Below, piece by piece: positions 1-11,932 of a stretch of DNA of 64,000 nucleotides; positions within the stretch are counted from its first letter, which is position 1; every line of letters starts with the position of its first letter. The notes beneath the pieces were generated by a model. It was not told the origin of the DNA. It did not search any database and worked only from the letters and a program-made list of their open reading frames with translations. The stretch is from assembly GCA_001949185.1 (NCBI GenBank), contig BDGG01000002.1, positions 4,888,448-4,952,447 on the forward strand, given 5' to 3'. Source of the stretch: Ramazzottius varieornatus (Eukaryota > Animalia > Tardigrada). A program made the position numbers and the translations under genes.

Positions 1-1
1 A

Positions 2-56
2 TCTCAACTGGCGCACGTTGGCATTGTACTTCACTGGGTTGGTGCGCCACTTAGGA
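2..56. repeat. Intronic palindromic repeat, copy 1 (TCTCAAGTGGCGCAC...GTGCGCCACTT family)
   Basis: tctcaactggcgcac (2-16) pairs with gtgcgccacttagga (42-56); the same arms recur at 17701 and 28581. Confidence 0.7.
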
Positions 57-177
57 TACCGATCTTGTACGTTTTACTTGCCCAGATCCAGTTATGGGCT
101 TCTTAAATCTGTTATCTTGTGCTGATTTCTGTTGCGGGTAGTCCCATCGTTCAGAATGAGCTTTCTTGTTCGTTTAG

Positions 178-1050
178 TGCTTTGGACAACCAGCTTGTGG
201 GATCGATCAGCGGTCTGGGACCTTACCCGGGTAAACCTTACAGCTTCTACCAGGACACGGAAGTGGATTTAGCCTTTGACGCCCGCTTCGACGCGGACGA
301 CATTTCCCAGGTATAGGCTTCGGTATTTCGAAGGACCCTCTATTGGATATTCGGTATGTTTCTTATCACGGTGTGGAAAATGGTTTTCAGATTCAGAATC
401 TGCGGGCAGAAATGGGCCTGGTCTTGGTGAAGCTCAGTGAGCAGAATCAGCAGACTAGTCGAGAAACAGTTCTGGAACTACAAAAGCGTCTCTCGTATGG
501 GTTGATCAGGTTCGATACTCGTACAGCTTATTTTATCCGTTTGAAGTTACTTACAACGTGCTTTTGCTTTTAATATGTTAGATTGCTGGATAAGCCTCGA
601 CTTCCAGTGGATCGCCCAACACATTGGGGACAGTACAACTGGTCGCTCATGGACCCGCTCGCTCTGGATCCCAAAGTTGCCGGTTCGTTCCTGCTACCGA
701 TGGAGGTTCCACTCATCAATGCCGCTTCGAGCTCTTCGTCTGGCCTCTTCGGGAATATCACAGCGTTACACAGAAGTCTTCAAAAGTATACAGCCAAACA
801 AACTAGGCGGTCGACCCAGTTTACCTTGTTTAGCCTTGCTATAGATTTTGTGTTTTTTAGAATGATGTTTGGGAAGACGGTAACCAGTGGGCATCCCACG
901 AACGCACCGGAAGGGATGGAACACCGATGCTTGCTGTGCAGCACTCAGCTAGCGGGACTGAACTCCTTTCTCGACCATCTCTACTCATCTGAACACATCA
1001 CTCGTGAAGAAGCCGTAATTGGTCAAAGACCTCGTTCCAGAGATCATTAG
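178..1050 (+). CDS. spn-E: Spindle-E/TDRD9-like piRNA-pathway helicase, 3' exons only (gene starts upstream of the window)
   Basis: Spliced exons give GSISGLGPYPGKPYSFYQDTEVDLAFDARFDADDISQ|IQNLRAEM...LLDKPRLPVDRPTHWGQYNWSLMDP...CLLCSTQLAGLNSFLDHLYSSEH. This resembles the TDRD9 C-terminus (CGLG...HDMELAFDVQF..ED...N.LR; PYEWNQVDP) plus the terminal C2H2-type finger of insect Spn-E. Confidence 0.7.
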
Positions 1051-1674
1051 TGTTACGTCTGCTCACGTTTTCCACCTTCGCCGATACTCTCAACTTCTAC
1101 GTTCCTGTGATTTCTTTTCCGGCCTGGACCGTGAGCGATTTTTGTGTTACGAAATTGTTGAAATTTGCGGTACAGTGCCAGATAGTTGGCTATTATGGTG
1201 CAGATTCCGGACGGACCTAGTTGAATATTTGACTGAACTGAAATTGATTTTGTTTTATCGCGTATCTGTGTACACGTGTACCTTAATTCATGGAGCTTCT
1301 GTCCACAGTAGAATATCTCAACAAGAGTAATTTTCACAAATCGCTGCGAACAAAACCAGAGTTTAATTCAGATAATAACTGATAACATGCATCTAAGAAC
1401 TAGAAGCTCTTCAAGGGAACTGTTCGACTGGAAAATGCCAATAACGGCAAAAGAAGCGAAGCGCAAAAAGCGACAACTAAGAGTTTAATCAAACAATGGA
1501 TAAAACTGATGCAAATATGGAATAAATACAATCCGCATGAAAAGGCAAGTACAGTAGTAACACCTTATGTTGAGGCAGACAAAACAATTATAGTTACCGT
1601 GCACGGCGCATCAGCTACCAAAAGCACCTGTTGACAATCCAAACACCATTCGAATCCTCGCGAACAAAGGACGT

Positions 1675-2295
1675 TTAAGTCTGGCGTACCCACAAATTCG
1701 CTTTCGAATCATACGGATCCGGAACAGAACGAAACTTGGGACCAGTAGTTAGCTGTAGTCTTCCAGTATATCTTACTTGTCCAGGTTCTGGCTCCGGTGT
1801 GGCACATGGGGAAACGCTTCGCGAAGGACTGCGGGAGTGTGGTCTGCAATAATGCGTCTCTGGACTGAGTTTCCGACGACGACCAGGTTCGGGGTTGGTA
1901 GTGCTCCGCTTTGTGGCTTTTCGAGCAGGCGGTGTGATGGCTTTCCGTACAGTCAACTCCGTACACATTCTCTTCTTGATCTCGGGTCTCTTGACGAAAT
2001 ACTTACCCAGATGGTTGTCTTGTAAATATCTGTCCAGCAGCTTCGGACACTTCGCTTTCAGGCTGTGGCGCTCTTGCCATTCTGGAGTATTTGGTCGTTT
2101 TCCATTCAACAAGATACAGCCGAGGAAGCTTGGTGGTTTGTTCGAGCACACCATGGTCGATGATCTTGTCCACCACGCAGCGCGATGAGCTGGGCGCCGA
2201 ATCCTCTGGCTCGACTTTTATCGATCCCTGCGAATGTTTCGGGTGAGATTTGCGCTAGTTAGAAAGAACCGAGACGTACTAGCTGCACTTACCAT
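1675..2295 (-). pseudogene. Chromodomain-containing gene with a frameshift inside the domain
   Basis: ATG(2295), intron 2228-2292, then GSIKVEPEDSAPSSSRCVVDKIIDHGVLEQTTKLPRLYLVEWK. The rest of the domain (RPNTPEWQERHSLKAKCPKLLDRYL) follows in a +1 frame after TGG AAAA CGA (~2098-2101), then a basic S/P/R-rich tail. Further exon-like sequence up to ~2830 does not join cleanly. Confidence 0.55.
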
Positions 2296-3393
2296 TCTGC
2301 GTTCACTGCTTGGCTTCGAATTCCATCCAATGGTTCAGCATTCAGCCACTTATCCAGCAATAAATTTGTCTAAAAATTTGAAACTTGAAAATAAAAGGAT
2401 AGAGAAGGTCAGAATTTCGATTCCCGAAATGCGAAATTCTGATGTGCTTTTCGCCTCTTGGCATTTGGCCTTTTGCCGCCTTCTGGTACAGTACGTACTT
2501 CAAAGCGGCCAACATTTCGTTTATGCGTGTCCGCTTTTGTACCGTGGCCCATACGGTAAATACTGCTTTTGGTCCACGGTACAAATTCTGATACGTATGA
2601 ACGAAATGATCGGCACTTTAAAGTATGTACCGGTGCGTAGTCCTACCACGCTCTTCGAAGCATGCGTCGAGTTCTGCGCCAGACATCCTATAACGATCAA
2701 GCTTTCTATCCGTCCATCGGGATAGGTCAGTTGACCGTCTTCTTCCGTTCTCGCATCCAGATCATACAGTGTACCAAAAAATTAACAGTCGAAAACGGGT
2801 GTTAGAAGGAGCTAGATGGAAATGGCCAATGTAATTTGCGTTTGCGACGGATCAAAACCATTATTGGTCACACGATTTTGCTCCCGTTTAATTGTCACGC
2901 CCATTATCGACGGTTAATTTTTTTGTACACTGTACCATGTTGCTCCAACAACGGTGGGCCGGCGTCATGCCGAATAGCCGATTGCCGATGTTTCATGCTT
3001 GACCAAAGGGTACACACTACACAAACTGACGAGTGACGAGTGAGAACAAATGGCGGAACCAAGACCGATCCCCTGTTAACTGAGCTGGTGCAAAAAAGAG
3101 GCGGAGTATAACATAAAGATTGCGAGCAAAAGCGTACTAGCACAATCCGATCCGCACAGGAACATCGTGATATCATATGTAAACATTGTTCGACTCTTCT
3201 AACAGCGCCTACAAGACGAACTTGTTGCTATGATGTCACGATGTTTCTGTGCGTGTTGAATTGGGCTAGTGCGTTCCCGCTCGCAATCTCTATAATGGTT
3301 TAGACTGTGCATTTTCACGCTAAATTTCTCTTCCTTTCCGGAGTTTGGGAAGATCCCACTTGAGCTCCGTTTGGCGACGTACTGCCGAGGACG

Positions 3394-5489
3394 ATGGCAC
3401 TTTCGGAGAAAGGGATCGATGCAGAGTACGTGAAAGAGCAGTTGAAGAAGAAGCAGAACAGCAGGATGGACGTCCGACGACAACAGGCGCTAGTTATGGT
3501 GATGGGAGATATCGGACACAGTCCACGTATGCAGTATCATGTCGCCTCGTTGTCCAAGTCTTCCTTCGACGTCGACGTGCTCGCTTTCCGCCGTAAGTGA
3601 CATTCTTCCATGCACGACACTGGTTAACTGGAACAACGAATACCTTTTCGCTAGACAGCGAGCCGCGAGCGGAAATCCTGAAAGATCCAGCTGTGCAGAT
3701 CAGAGCCATCAAGGATGTTCCACGAGCCTGTCGTCAACTACCAAAGCTGCTGTACTACCCTGTCAAAGTATTATGGCTTATCGTATCCATCTTCGCTGCC
3801 ATGTGGAAGGCACGAAAGCCCGATCTCATCCTGATACAGGTATGTTTTGTTCAGCTATATGGACTATCTCACATTAGGATGTTGATTCGTATATATGCGT
3901 TGTAGAATCCTCCAACCATTCCAGTTGTCTTCTGCGCGTTCCTTGCCAATTACTTCTGGCAAGCAGCAGTTGTCATCGACTGGCACAACTATTCCCACAG
4001 TATCATCGCTCTGGGAAACAAGAAAACATCCACGTTGCAGCGAGTGATGGTGTCATTGACAGAGTATGCTGAGAGTATTACTGCTCGATACGCGGATGCG
4101 AACATTTGTGTAACGAAAGCGATGGCGGTAGACATGCTGAAAAGATGGCAAGTAAGGTTCGTAAGCCGATATTTCAGGGAGGACTCAGAGCGGATTCTCG
4201 CTTGCCGTTTACCTCGATACATTTGATTACTGTACTTCTTAGTTCAAGATCTGATATTCGTTAAACAGTCTTGGATCACAGGGTTACAACATTGTACGAT
4301 CGTCCGCCTTCGGATTTTGATCAGTTTGGGAATATGGAAGGCCGCCATTATCTATTCACGAAGCTCGGGTCTTTCTCTCCAGTTTTTAGGTAAGTGTCCA
4401 ACTGATATACGTGACCAAGACGTTACTCTGTTCTAACAGAGCATATTTTCCCTCTCGTTTCTCGTCTACAGAAGCCCTATCCCGCCGTCTTCGGGGACGG
4501 AAACCGTTTTCACTAGGAAGGCTCCAGGAGAAGCTGCAGAACTCCGAGACGATCGACCTGCGCTGCTTGTCAGTAGTACCAGCTGGACTGAAGACGAGGA
4601 TTTCGGTCTTCTATTCGATGCCTTGAAGCTATATGACCAAGAAGCGCAGCGGAACGCTCAGCTCCCCAAAGTGCTACTAGTTGTCACAGGCTAGAAGAAA
4701 AATGAGTTTAATGTCCAATGACGGAGATTCCAGCGAATGTGTTCTTCACAGGAAAGGGTCCGCTGAAGGAGTTTTACATGAACAAAGTGAGAGAGGAAAA
4801 CTTCCGGTCCGTCTCCATTACCAGTTTGTGGCTGGACAGTGCGGACTATCCTCGGCTCTTAGGTACCGTGCTTTTTTTCTTATCGCAGTTTCCATCTTTG
4901 GAGCAAAGAATTAACCGTATTAATGAACGTTTTCTTGTGCTCTCACTTTCAGGTTGTGCAGACCTTGGAGTCAGTCTACACTTTTCGTCCAGTGGGCTTG
5001 ATCTGCCAATGAAAGTCGTGGACATGTTTGGCTGCGGATTACCTGTGTGTGCTGTCACATATACCTGGTACGTACGTGTCCAATATGACCAAGTGGAGAG
5101 AACCATACTACTGTACAAGCTGCTGGTGTTGTCCACATACGAGAATAACTTTTGTTTGATCCTTCAGTATAAGGGAGTTGGTGGAACCGAATAAGAACGG
5201 ACTACTATTCTCTACGCCCGAACAACTTTGTTTGCAACTTCAGCAGCTGTTAGAAGGGTTCCCCATTACAAAAAGCTCACTACTGAGTGATCTGAGAACA
5301 CACGTGCGGCAGTTCCGAGAAACGACCTGGCACAGCAATTGGACAAGCGTCTTTGAGCCAATTGTCCAAAGTTCCGTCCAAGAGAGGAAGAAGCAACTGG
5401 TGGATGTGAAGACGAGGTGGATGTACATCGGCGTTGCCGTAATTCTTTTTGGTGTAGCAATAAAAATATCCATCGGGATCTTTCTTTGA
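3394..5489 (+). CDS. ALG1: Chitobiosyldiphosphodolichol beta-1,4-mannosyltransferase
   Basis: Motifs [87 protein letters not shown] across spliced exons. Confidence 0.96.
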
Positions 5490-5519
5490 CAGTTCTTGTG
5501 CTGAGAAAGCGCAGTGGTG

Positions 5520-6322
5520 TCAACTGGGCAGTTGTTTATACGAACAGTTGCACACTTTGCTGTATCCGTAGATGGCTCCAATGAAACTGACAATGGTCTC
5601 CAGTGTGTACAAAAACATCATTGAGACCAGCAGCGCGGTGATCACGTAATAGCCTTCCTCGTAGTCACAGACGTGGTCGTACCTGTCAAGAAGACCGGTA
5701 ATGGGCCAGGGAAAAACAAAGATCTATTTTGTGGAAAAAATTATTACGTATTCGCGGCCCATTGAAGACCTTTGCATAGTTGCGGATAGTCGAAACGCAG
5801 GCGATCCAAGGTGTACGCAACGAATGCAACCATCAGCAAACCTGCAAACAAAAAGCCTATCCATTCTGTACGCTGATAAGTTTTATTCAGAAATTATACC
5901 GAAATACCGATGAATCAAACAAAACTGCTAGTATTTCATCAATAACACGCACTCGTAACAATGTTAATGATATTCATTGTAGCGAATATGGTGTAGCGGA
6001 CATGGCGGTGGACAATATGGGTTCGCGAGTGTCTGGCAAGGATTCCCGCAAGCGCCGTCATGAGGAAGAAGAAGCCCAGCCATAGTCCCGGGCAAGATTC
6101 TCCGAATAACGTATACTGTTCGATTCTGTATTTCAGATGAGGAAGATTCCAGACGTAGGTCAACTGGGCGATCTCGATTGCGGCCACTCCGAAACCGGTG
6201 AGGACATTCACAATGATTACAAAAAGGGTGCAGTAGTTGTTCTTGTTGTACTCCGACAGGTAAAGCGCATGTTTTTCGTCCATTCCTCCGACACTACTGG
6301 GAACCGGAAGTTGACTTCGCAT
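5520..6322 (-). CDS. MS4A/CD20-like four-TM protein, paralog 1
   Basis: Three exons; four hydrophobic segments (TLFVIIVNVLTGFGVAAIEI; PGLWLGFFFLMTALAGIL; IFATMNIINIVT.GLLMVAFV; YVITALLVSMMFLYTLETIVSFIGAIY) and a Cys-containing tail (KVCNC); stop at 5520-5522. Confidence 0.65.
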
Positions 6323-6991
6323 CGACCGTTACAGGTAAGGATGGACCATCGTCGGTCCGAGGCACCAGAAACCTCTTTCAATCGGGATTAACCCTGACAG
6401 GAGTGAGTTGGATATTCGGGGGATTAGGAGAAATGCAGTCTATTCAAATCCTTTGCGGACGTCTGACTTTTTCGAGCACGGACGTTGCACGGGATGCTGT
6501 TAGGCCGTACACCGTTCGCATTTCGCACTTACTTCGCCCCACCTTTGCTAAGCTGTCCACCTGTAACGCTAACTGTGCCGTTTCAGCTGGGTTCTCGTAG
6601 TTCTTACCGTTATTCGTACTGATAGACTGTTGGGGGTAGTAAGACCACATGGTGAATGCGGCGCGTTCGGCTATCAGCGAACCTTTATGAGTATCGCGAA
6701 CTCGCTGCACTTATCGTTGTGTAAAGAGTGACTGATGCTGTATGGGGAATTTCAAAAGAGGGTTACACCTCTAAAGATAAGGTGAATACACTCATGCACG
6801 TTACAGTACCCACAAAGTTGCGAAGAGTAAATACGGCGGAAAAACGGCGCATTCGCCGATACCTGCGCAACTTTCCCATACCGTTCATCAGTCACCAGCA
6901 TATTTTTCACGCTTAATAAACAGTAACAACTTAATCAGCAGGAAACAGCCATCATAAAGTAAAAAAGAGGATACACCACAGTGACGAACCT

Positions 6992-7733
6992 TTACAGCTC
7001 GGTCGTCAACAGTGGCATACTTTGTCGCAAATTTTCCCTCGACGGAACCATTGTAATTCTGGTTTTCGGTACGAGACTCACTACCGGTAGGAAAGCTGTT
7101 TCCGAACAGCAAACGCAGAGAAACTTGGATAGTAGTGCTATAGAGAGAATCAACAAAACAACTTCCACAACTGTTAGTCCCATCAAACAGCCGCCCAGGA
7201 TGAATAACGCCTCCAGGTCCAGGCGGTTTCTCATGGTGTAGAACTGGCCATATTCCGCATCAATGGGGAAGTTGGGGTCGCCAGCGTATCGTTGCTTCCT
7301 CCAAATCCATTTCTTGAAATCCATCAGGTACATGGTATCGTAGAATATCACCACACCAGCCAGGCCCAAACAAATCACATTCAGGGCCACGAGGAATCGG
7401 GGCCATGCGAACGATTTCGTTCGCCTCTTCGCGAACTTGATCATTGTTATTCCCGTGATCATAGCGCCCACAGCGAGCCATAATCCAGGGGAGATTCTCA
7501 TATAGCGTCCAATTATGGACTTCCGAAATTCCAAATATGCGGTCACTGAAAAATAGGCTACCCGTCAATATCTTACCTAACGACCACACCGTTGAATGTT
7601 TTTCCAGTTGATTATCCTACCCAGAAAGCAGAAAGTTGTACCTACTTGTAATTTGCGCCACAGATAACAGCAAGGCGACCGTGATGTGAAGAGCCCCCAA
7701 CGCGAAAATCCCACTCTCTTGGGTTCGACACAT
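6992..7733 (-). CDS. MS4A/CD20-like four-TM protein, paralog 2
   Basis: Exon 1 MCRTQESGIFALGALHITVALLLSVAQIT spliced to ORF 6992-7546; shares PGLWL in TM2, a Glu in TM4 and a CxC tail with paralog 1. Confidence 0.65.
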
Positions 7734-8210
7734 CCTTCCTGGTTCCTCGAAAACTGCTGGTTATTCTCCCGTGTCCCTTTGTTGGAAGGCGGATGAAAAG
7801 TACAGGTCTATCACGATGAATTCCATTTCAGGGATCATTACTACGTTAGTCTACTTGCCTGAGTGACGGTGTGAGGATCTACGGATCACAGTCTGAACGC
7901 AGAAGTCTAGAATCTAAACTTTTACCGTTGACGCACATCGCCACAGAGGCATACACAGACTCGTAAGATGTGTTATGTCATATTGATCTGTCCATGTCAT
8001 GTGATATTCCATATACCTTAATGAACAGCTGTTCGGCGATTGCGGTCCTACATACGCATAACACAACTTTGTTGTCAACTTTTATCAGCAACTCTATCTC
8101 TCACACTCCGGCTTTATCGATAACAGTAGTATTCCCACAAAAACCTCTTGTTGGAAGCGCTAATTATTCGTCTGAATTAAAGTGCATTTTACTCTTTGCA
8201 GCTGAAGAAG

Positions 8211-11200
8211 ATGGCGAGACGGTTTAGTGGAATACAACAGTGTAACAGTTACCTCGATCGACTGCTGCTGGGCACAGGGAAAGCAGCGTCAACTCCTGCC
8301 AAGGCATATGCGAAGGTCGGCATCGAGAGGGAGTATTCCACGTCAACCCCCTGCTTTGCCAATGACAAGCCGAAGCATTACGGTAAGAAGGAGGGAGCCC
8401 CTTGCCGAAATGTCCGCGTCCCGGAAGAGTATGGTTTCAAGCCAGGAATGCTACCCGGATTCGAAAACGTTGCGCGAGAACATGGACTGAAGACTTACAA
8501 GTACGTTAACTGTTATAACGGCTGCTTAATGCGAAAATTCCATACTATATATTATTGTAACGTTCCAGGGATGTGTATCGCTTCTCACTGGAGCATAACG
8601 ACCTGTTCTGGGAATCGTGCGCAAAGATGCTCAACTGGAAGGAACCGTTCCACACGGTGCAAGATTGCGACTTGAAAAAGGGGAAAGTTGGATGGTTTCT
8701 CGGTAAGACTTCCTTGTCATGTGATGGTCGACAAAACAGGCGGGCGAATATCAGTTCTCATGCAACGGAACTTTTCAAGCATATAGATATCTACTCAGCA
8801 CTTGGGAATACTGGTTCGGTTGCAGGCGGCAAGTTGAACGTTTCCGAGAACTGTTTGGATCGACATGTGGCGGAAGACCCGAACAAGATCGCGCTGTTGT
8901 GGGAGAAGGACGAACCCGGTACGGTACAGATTAGCTATGGTCAGCTGCTGGAATGGACGTGCAAGATGGCCAACACGTTAAAGCAAGCCAGAGTACAGAA
9001 GGGAGATTGCGTTTGCGTCTACCTGCCGACTTCGCCGATGGCGGTAAAACTCAAATGGATGGCACCCCGAAAACACGAGCAAAGATTCTCTTCTCTGTAT
9101 AGGTCGCGAGTATGTTGGCTTGTGCAAGAATTGGAGCCATTCATACCGTTGTGTTCGCGGGATTCAGCTCGGAGTCTCTGCGTGATCGAATTCAAAACTG
9201 TAACGTTCGTTTGTATGAGAATGATGTCCAATATTTTCCACTTCCGGTTGCTTCTTCAGCTTATATGTGATTCAGGTAAGGCCAAGGTTGTCATTACGGC
9301 GAACGAGATGATCCGCGGAGGAAAGTCTATCCCGCTGAAGCAGTTGGTGGACGATGCGGTGAAAGATTGTCCAACCGTCAAGACAGTCTTTGTCGAACAG
9401 CGGACCAAGAAAGAAGGACGATACGCGAAACACGACGTAGCGTTGACCGATGTACGTTATCGTATCCATACCATGTAAGGTGCGTTATCGAACATTTTGT
9501 GTAGTAATCGACTATCGGAATTTTACAGGCCCTGGATGCAGCGAGCGCGGAATGCGCACCGGAAGTCCTGGATAGCGAAGACCCACTGTTCGTCCTCTAT
9601 ACGTCGGGTACGGACTTCGTTGTTCATGAAGGCGCGTTTCGGCGCCGTGACTATTTTCCATAATTCAGTATGACAATCACTTCGACCGTCCTGTGTACTT
9701 ACTGTATATGCAATAATCTTATATTTCGTTTTCAGGCTCAACCGGGAAGCCAAAGGGGGTATTACATACTCAGGCGGGATATCTGTTGTACGCAGCTCTT
9801 ACGCAGAAAGTGGTTTTCAACCTGAAACCCGGCGAAGTCTTCGGATGTCTGGCCGATATTGGTTGGGTACAGATCTGATTTTTTGCGCGAAGAAAATGCG
9901 CGAAATTATCGTATTGTTGATTAACCACAGACAGTCTTCTTAACTCAGATTACCGGGCACTCATATGTTGTCTACGCGCCACTTGCCAACGGTATCACCA
10001 CCGTCCTCTTTGAATCAACACCTAACTATCCGAGTCCATCGCGGTACTGGTCGACTGTGGAACGGCTCAAGATCAACCATCTGTACATTTCGCCAACAGC
10101 TCTGCGATCGCTTTTGAGGCATGGCAAGAGCCATGTCAAGAACCATGATTTGTCATCCCTACGAACTCTGGGGTTGGTTGGCGAGCCCGTTAACCACGAG
10201 GTACGCCTGTGTTTACTGTTCACTGCCAGCCGCCTGACGTATTTACGAATTGTTTCCTAGGCTTGGGAATGGTACTATGACGTCATCGGTCAGCGCAGAT
10301 GCCCGGTCGTAGACACCTGGTATTTTTATTGCTCTCACCGGTCACTGATATGTTATTGAATCCAGCATGAATATGACACGTACTTTTCCTGCTTGTTCAC
10401 AGGTGGCAAACCGAAACTGGCGGGATTTCCATCGCTCCGCTCCCAGGTGACAGGTAGCGTTTTGGTCATGGGTATTATGGGCATGGGCTTCTTGATGCTT
10501 TCGAACACCTTACATAGACCTTACATATGAAACATTTTTTGCATTTAGCGCTGATCCAATATATCCGGGAATGGCGATGCGACCGTTCTTTGGGATCGAG
10601 CCTGTCGTGAAGAACTCCGAGGTGAATGAGAAAACGGAAGATGACTGTAAATGGCGCTGTAGCTGGATACTTAAATTGTTAGCCTGGTTTTAGGCGTTCG
10701 CGGACCATGGCTCCGATCAGGCTGGGGTATTGTATGTGGCTCGCCCTTGGCCCGGAATGCTCCGCGGAATCTACGGAGATGAAGAACGATTCGTTGAGAC
10801 GTACCTTTCGGAAAAGCCAGGCTGCTACACCACAGGAGACGGATGTGTCGAGACGGCGGACGGTTACTTCAAGATCACTGGCAGAGTCGACGATGTCATC
10901 AACGTCTCGGGACATCGGTCAGTAGTCCTTGGTTTTCATCCCGTTCTCCTCTCTGAGCATATACATATGTACTGTATAGGATTTAGCGCTAGTAAGTAAA
11001 CGCAACTTTTTCCAGTTTGGGAACAGCAGAAGTCGAAAATGCAATTGTAAGAAGCTTCGCGTAGCTTCACATGCTGCTCTTCTGATTGAGCGACAAGAAT
11101 ACTGTTTAAAGGATTCACACGGGAAGGTTGCAGAGTCCGCGGTGGTCAGCTTTCCTCATTTGGTGAAAGGGGAAGGATTAGCCGCATTTGTGGTGCTGAC

Positions 11201-11517
11201 CGATGACTACGAGGCAGACGAACACCTGGTCAAAGACCTGAAGGGCCTCATCAAACACAGCATTGCGTCATACGCTATTCCAGAAGAAATCGTGGTAAGG
11301 AAAACAGCGGAAAGTACTGTAGTAGGTATATCGGTTGTGACGTTCGATTTCTCGCTTCGAGCAGATTGTGCCACATTTGCCGAAGACTCGATCGGGTAAA
11401 ATCATGCGACGATTGTTGAAGCTGATTGCTCAGAACAAGAACGAGGACTTTGGCGACACAAGCACTTTACAGGATCCCGATATCCTGAAGCCCATCATCG
11501 ATGCATGGTGCGCATAA
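8211..11517 (+). CDS. ACSS1: Acetyl-CoA synthetase (AMP-forming), ACSS1-like, probable mitochondrial presequence
   Basis: [79 protein letters not shown]; N-terminus MARRFSG...; many short introns. Confidence 0.93.
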
Positions 11518-11932
11518 CGTCTTTAGCAAGAATGGAAAGGTTTTAAAAGTAAATGAATTTTATATTCCTCAGGTCCAAGACAACGACTGCGGCCGAATAC
11601 AGGAACGCGAAAGCCCAAGGAACTACAAGAGAGACGTCCACCAATTAGGGTCATGCCTGCACCGCCCAATCTTCCATCAGAAGGCTAAGGGTTGTGGTTG
11701 CAGCTCTTGCCGTCCGCATACGCGACGCTGCATTTTGCAAAGCAGCTAATGTCGATGCTCAATAAAACACTTGATTCATTCACCCGCTCATGCAATCACC
11801 ATTGTGGAACTGGCAAATAGCATCCTCGTACCGGTTTCCGTAGATCTTTTTACTAACAATTAGGAAAAAGATCGAATTCCACTTTGTACGTTGTTCTTCT
11901 TTGTCTGTACATCAAATAAATCTTGCCAACGG

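Noticed and set aside
1-70. Open frame SQLAHVGIVLHWVGAPLRIP as a spn-E exon
   Set aside because: The sequence is a copy of the palindromic intronic repeat found at 17701 and 28581.
807-860. Possible GC-AG intron in spn-E
   Set aside because: A GT donor at 810 or simple in-frame read-through explains it equally well.
1640-1665. TTCGAATCC T-loop-like motif suggesting a tRNA
   Set aside because: No cloverleaf stems or A-box; it lies in a 3' UTR region.
8211-11517. Horizontal transfer of acetyl-CoA synthetase from bacteria
   Set aside because: Intron-rich with a presequence-like N-terminus; ACSS1 is a normal, bacteria-like animal gene, and nothing here indicates HGT without a phylogeny.
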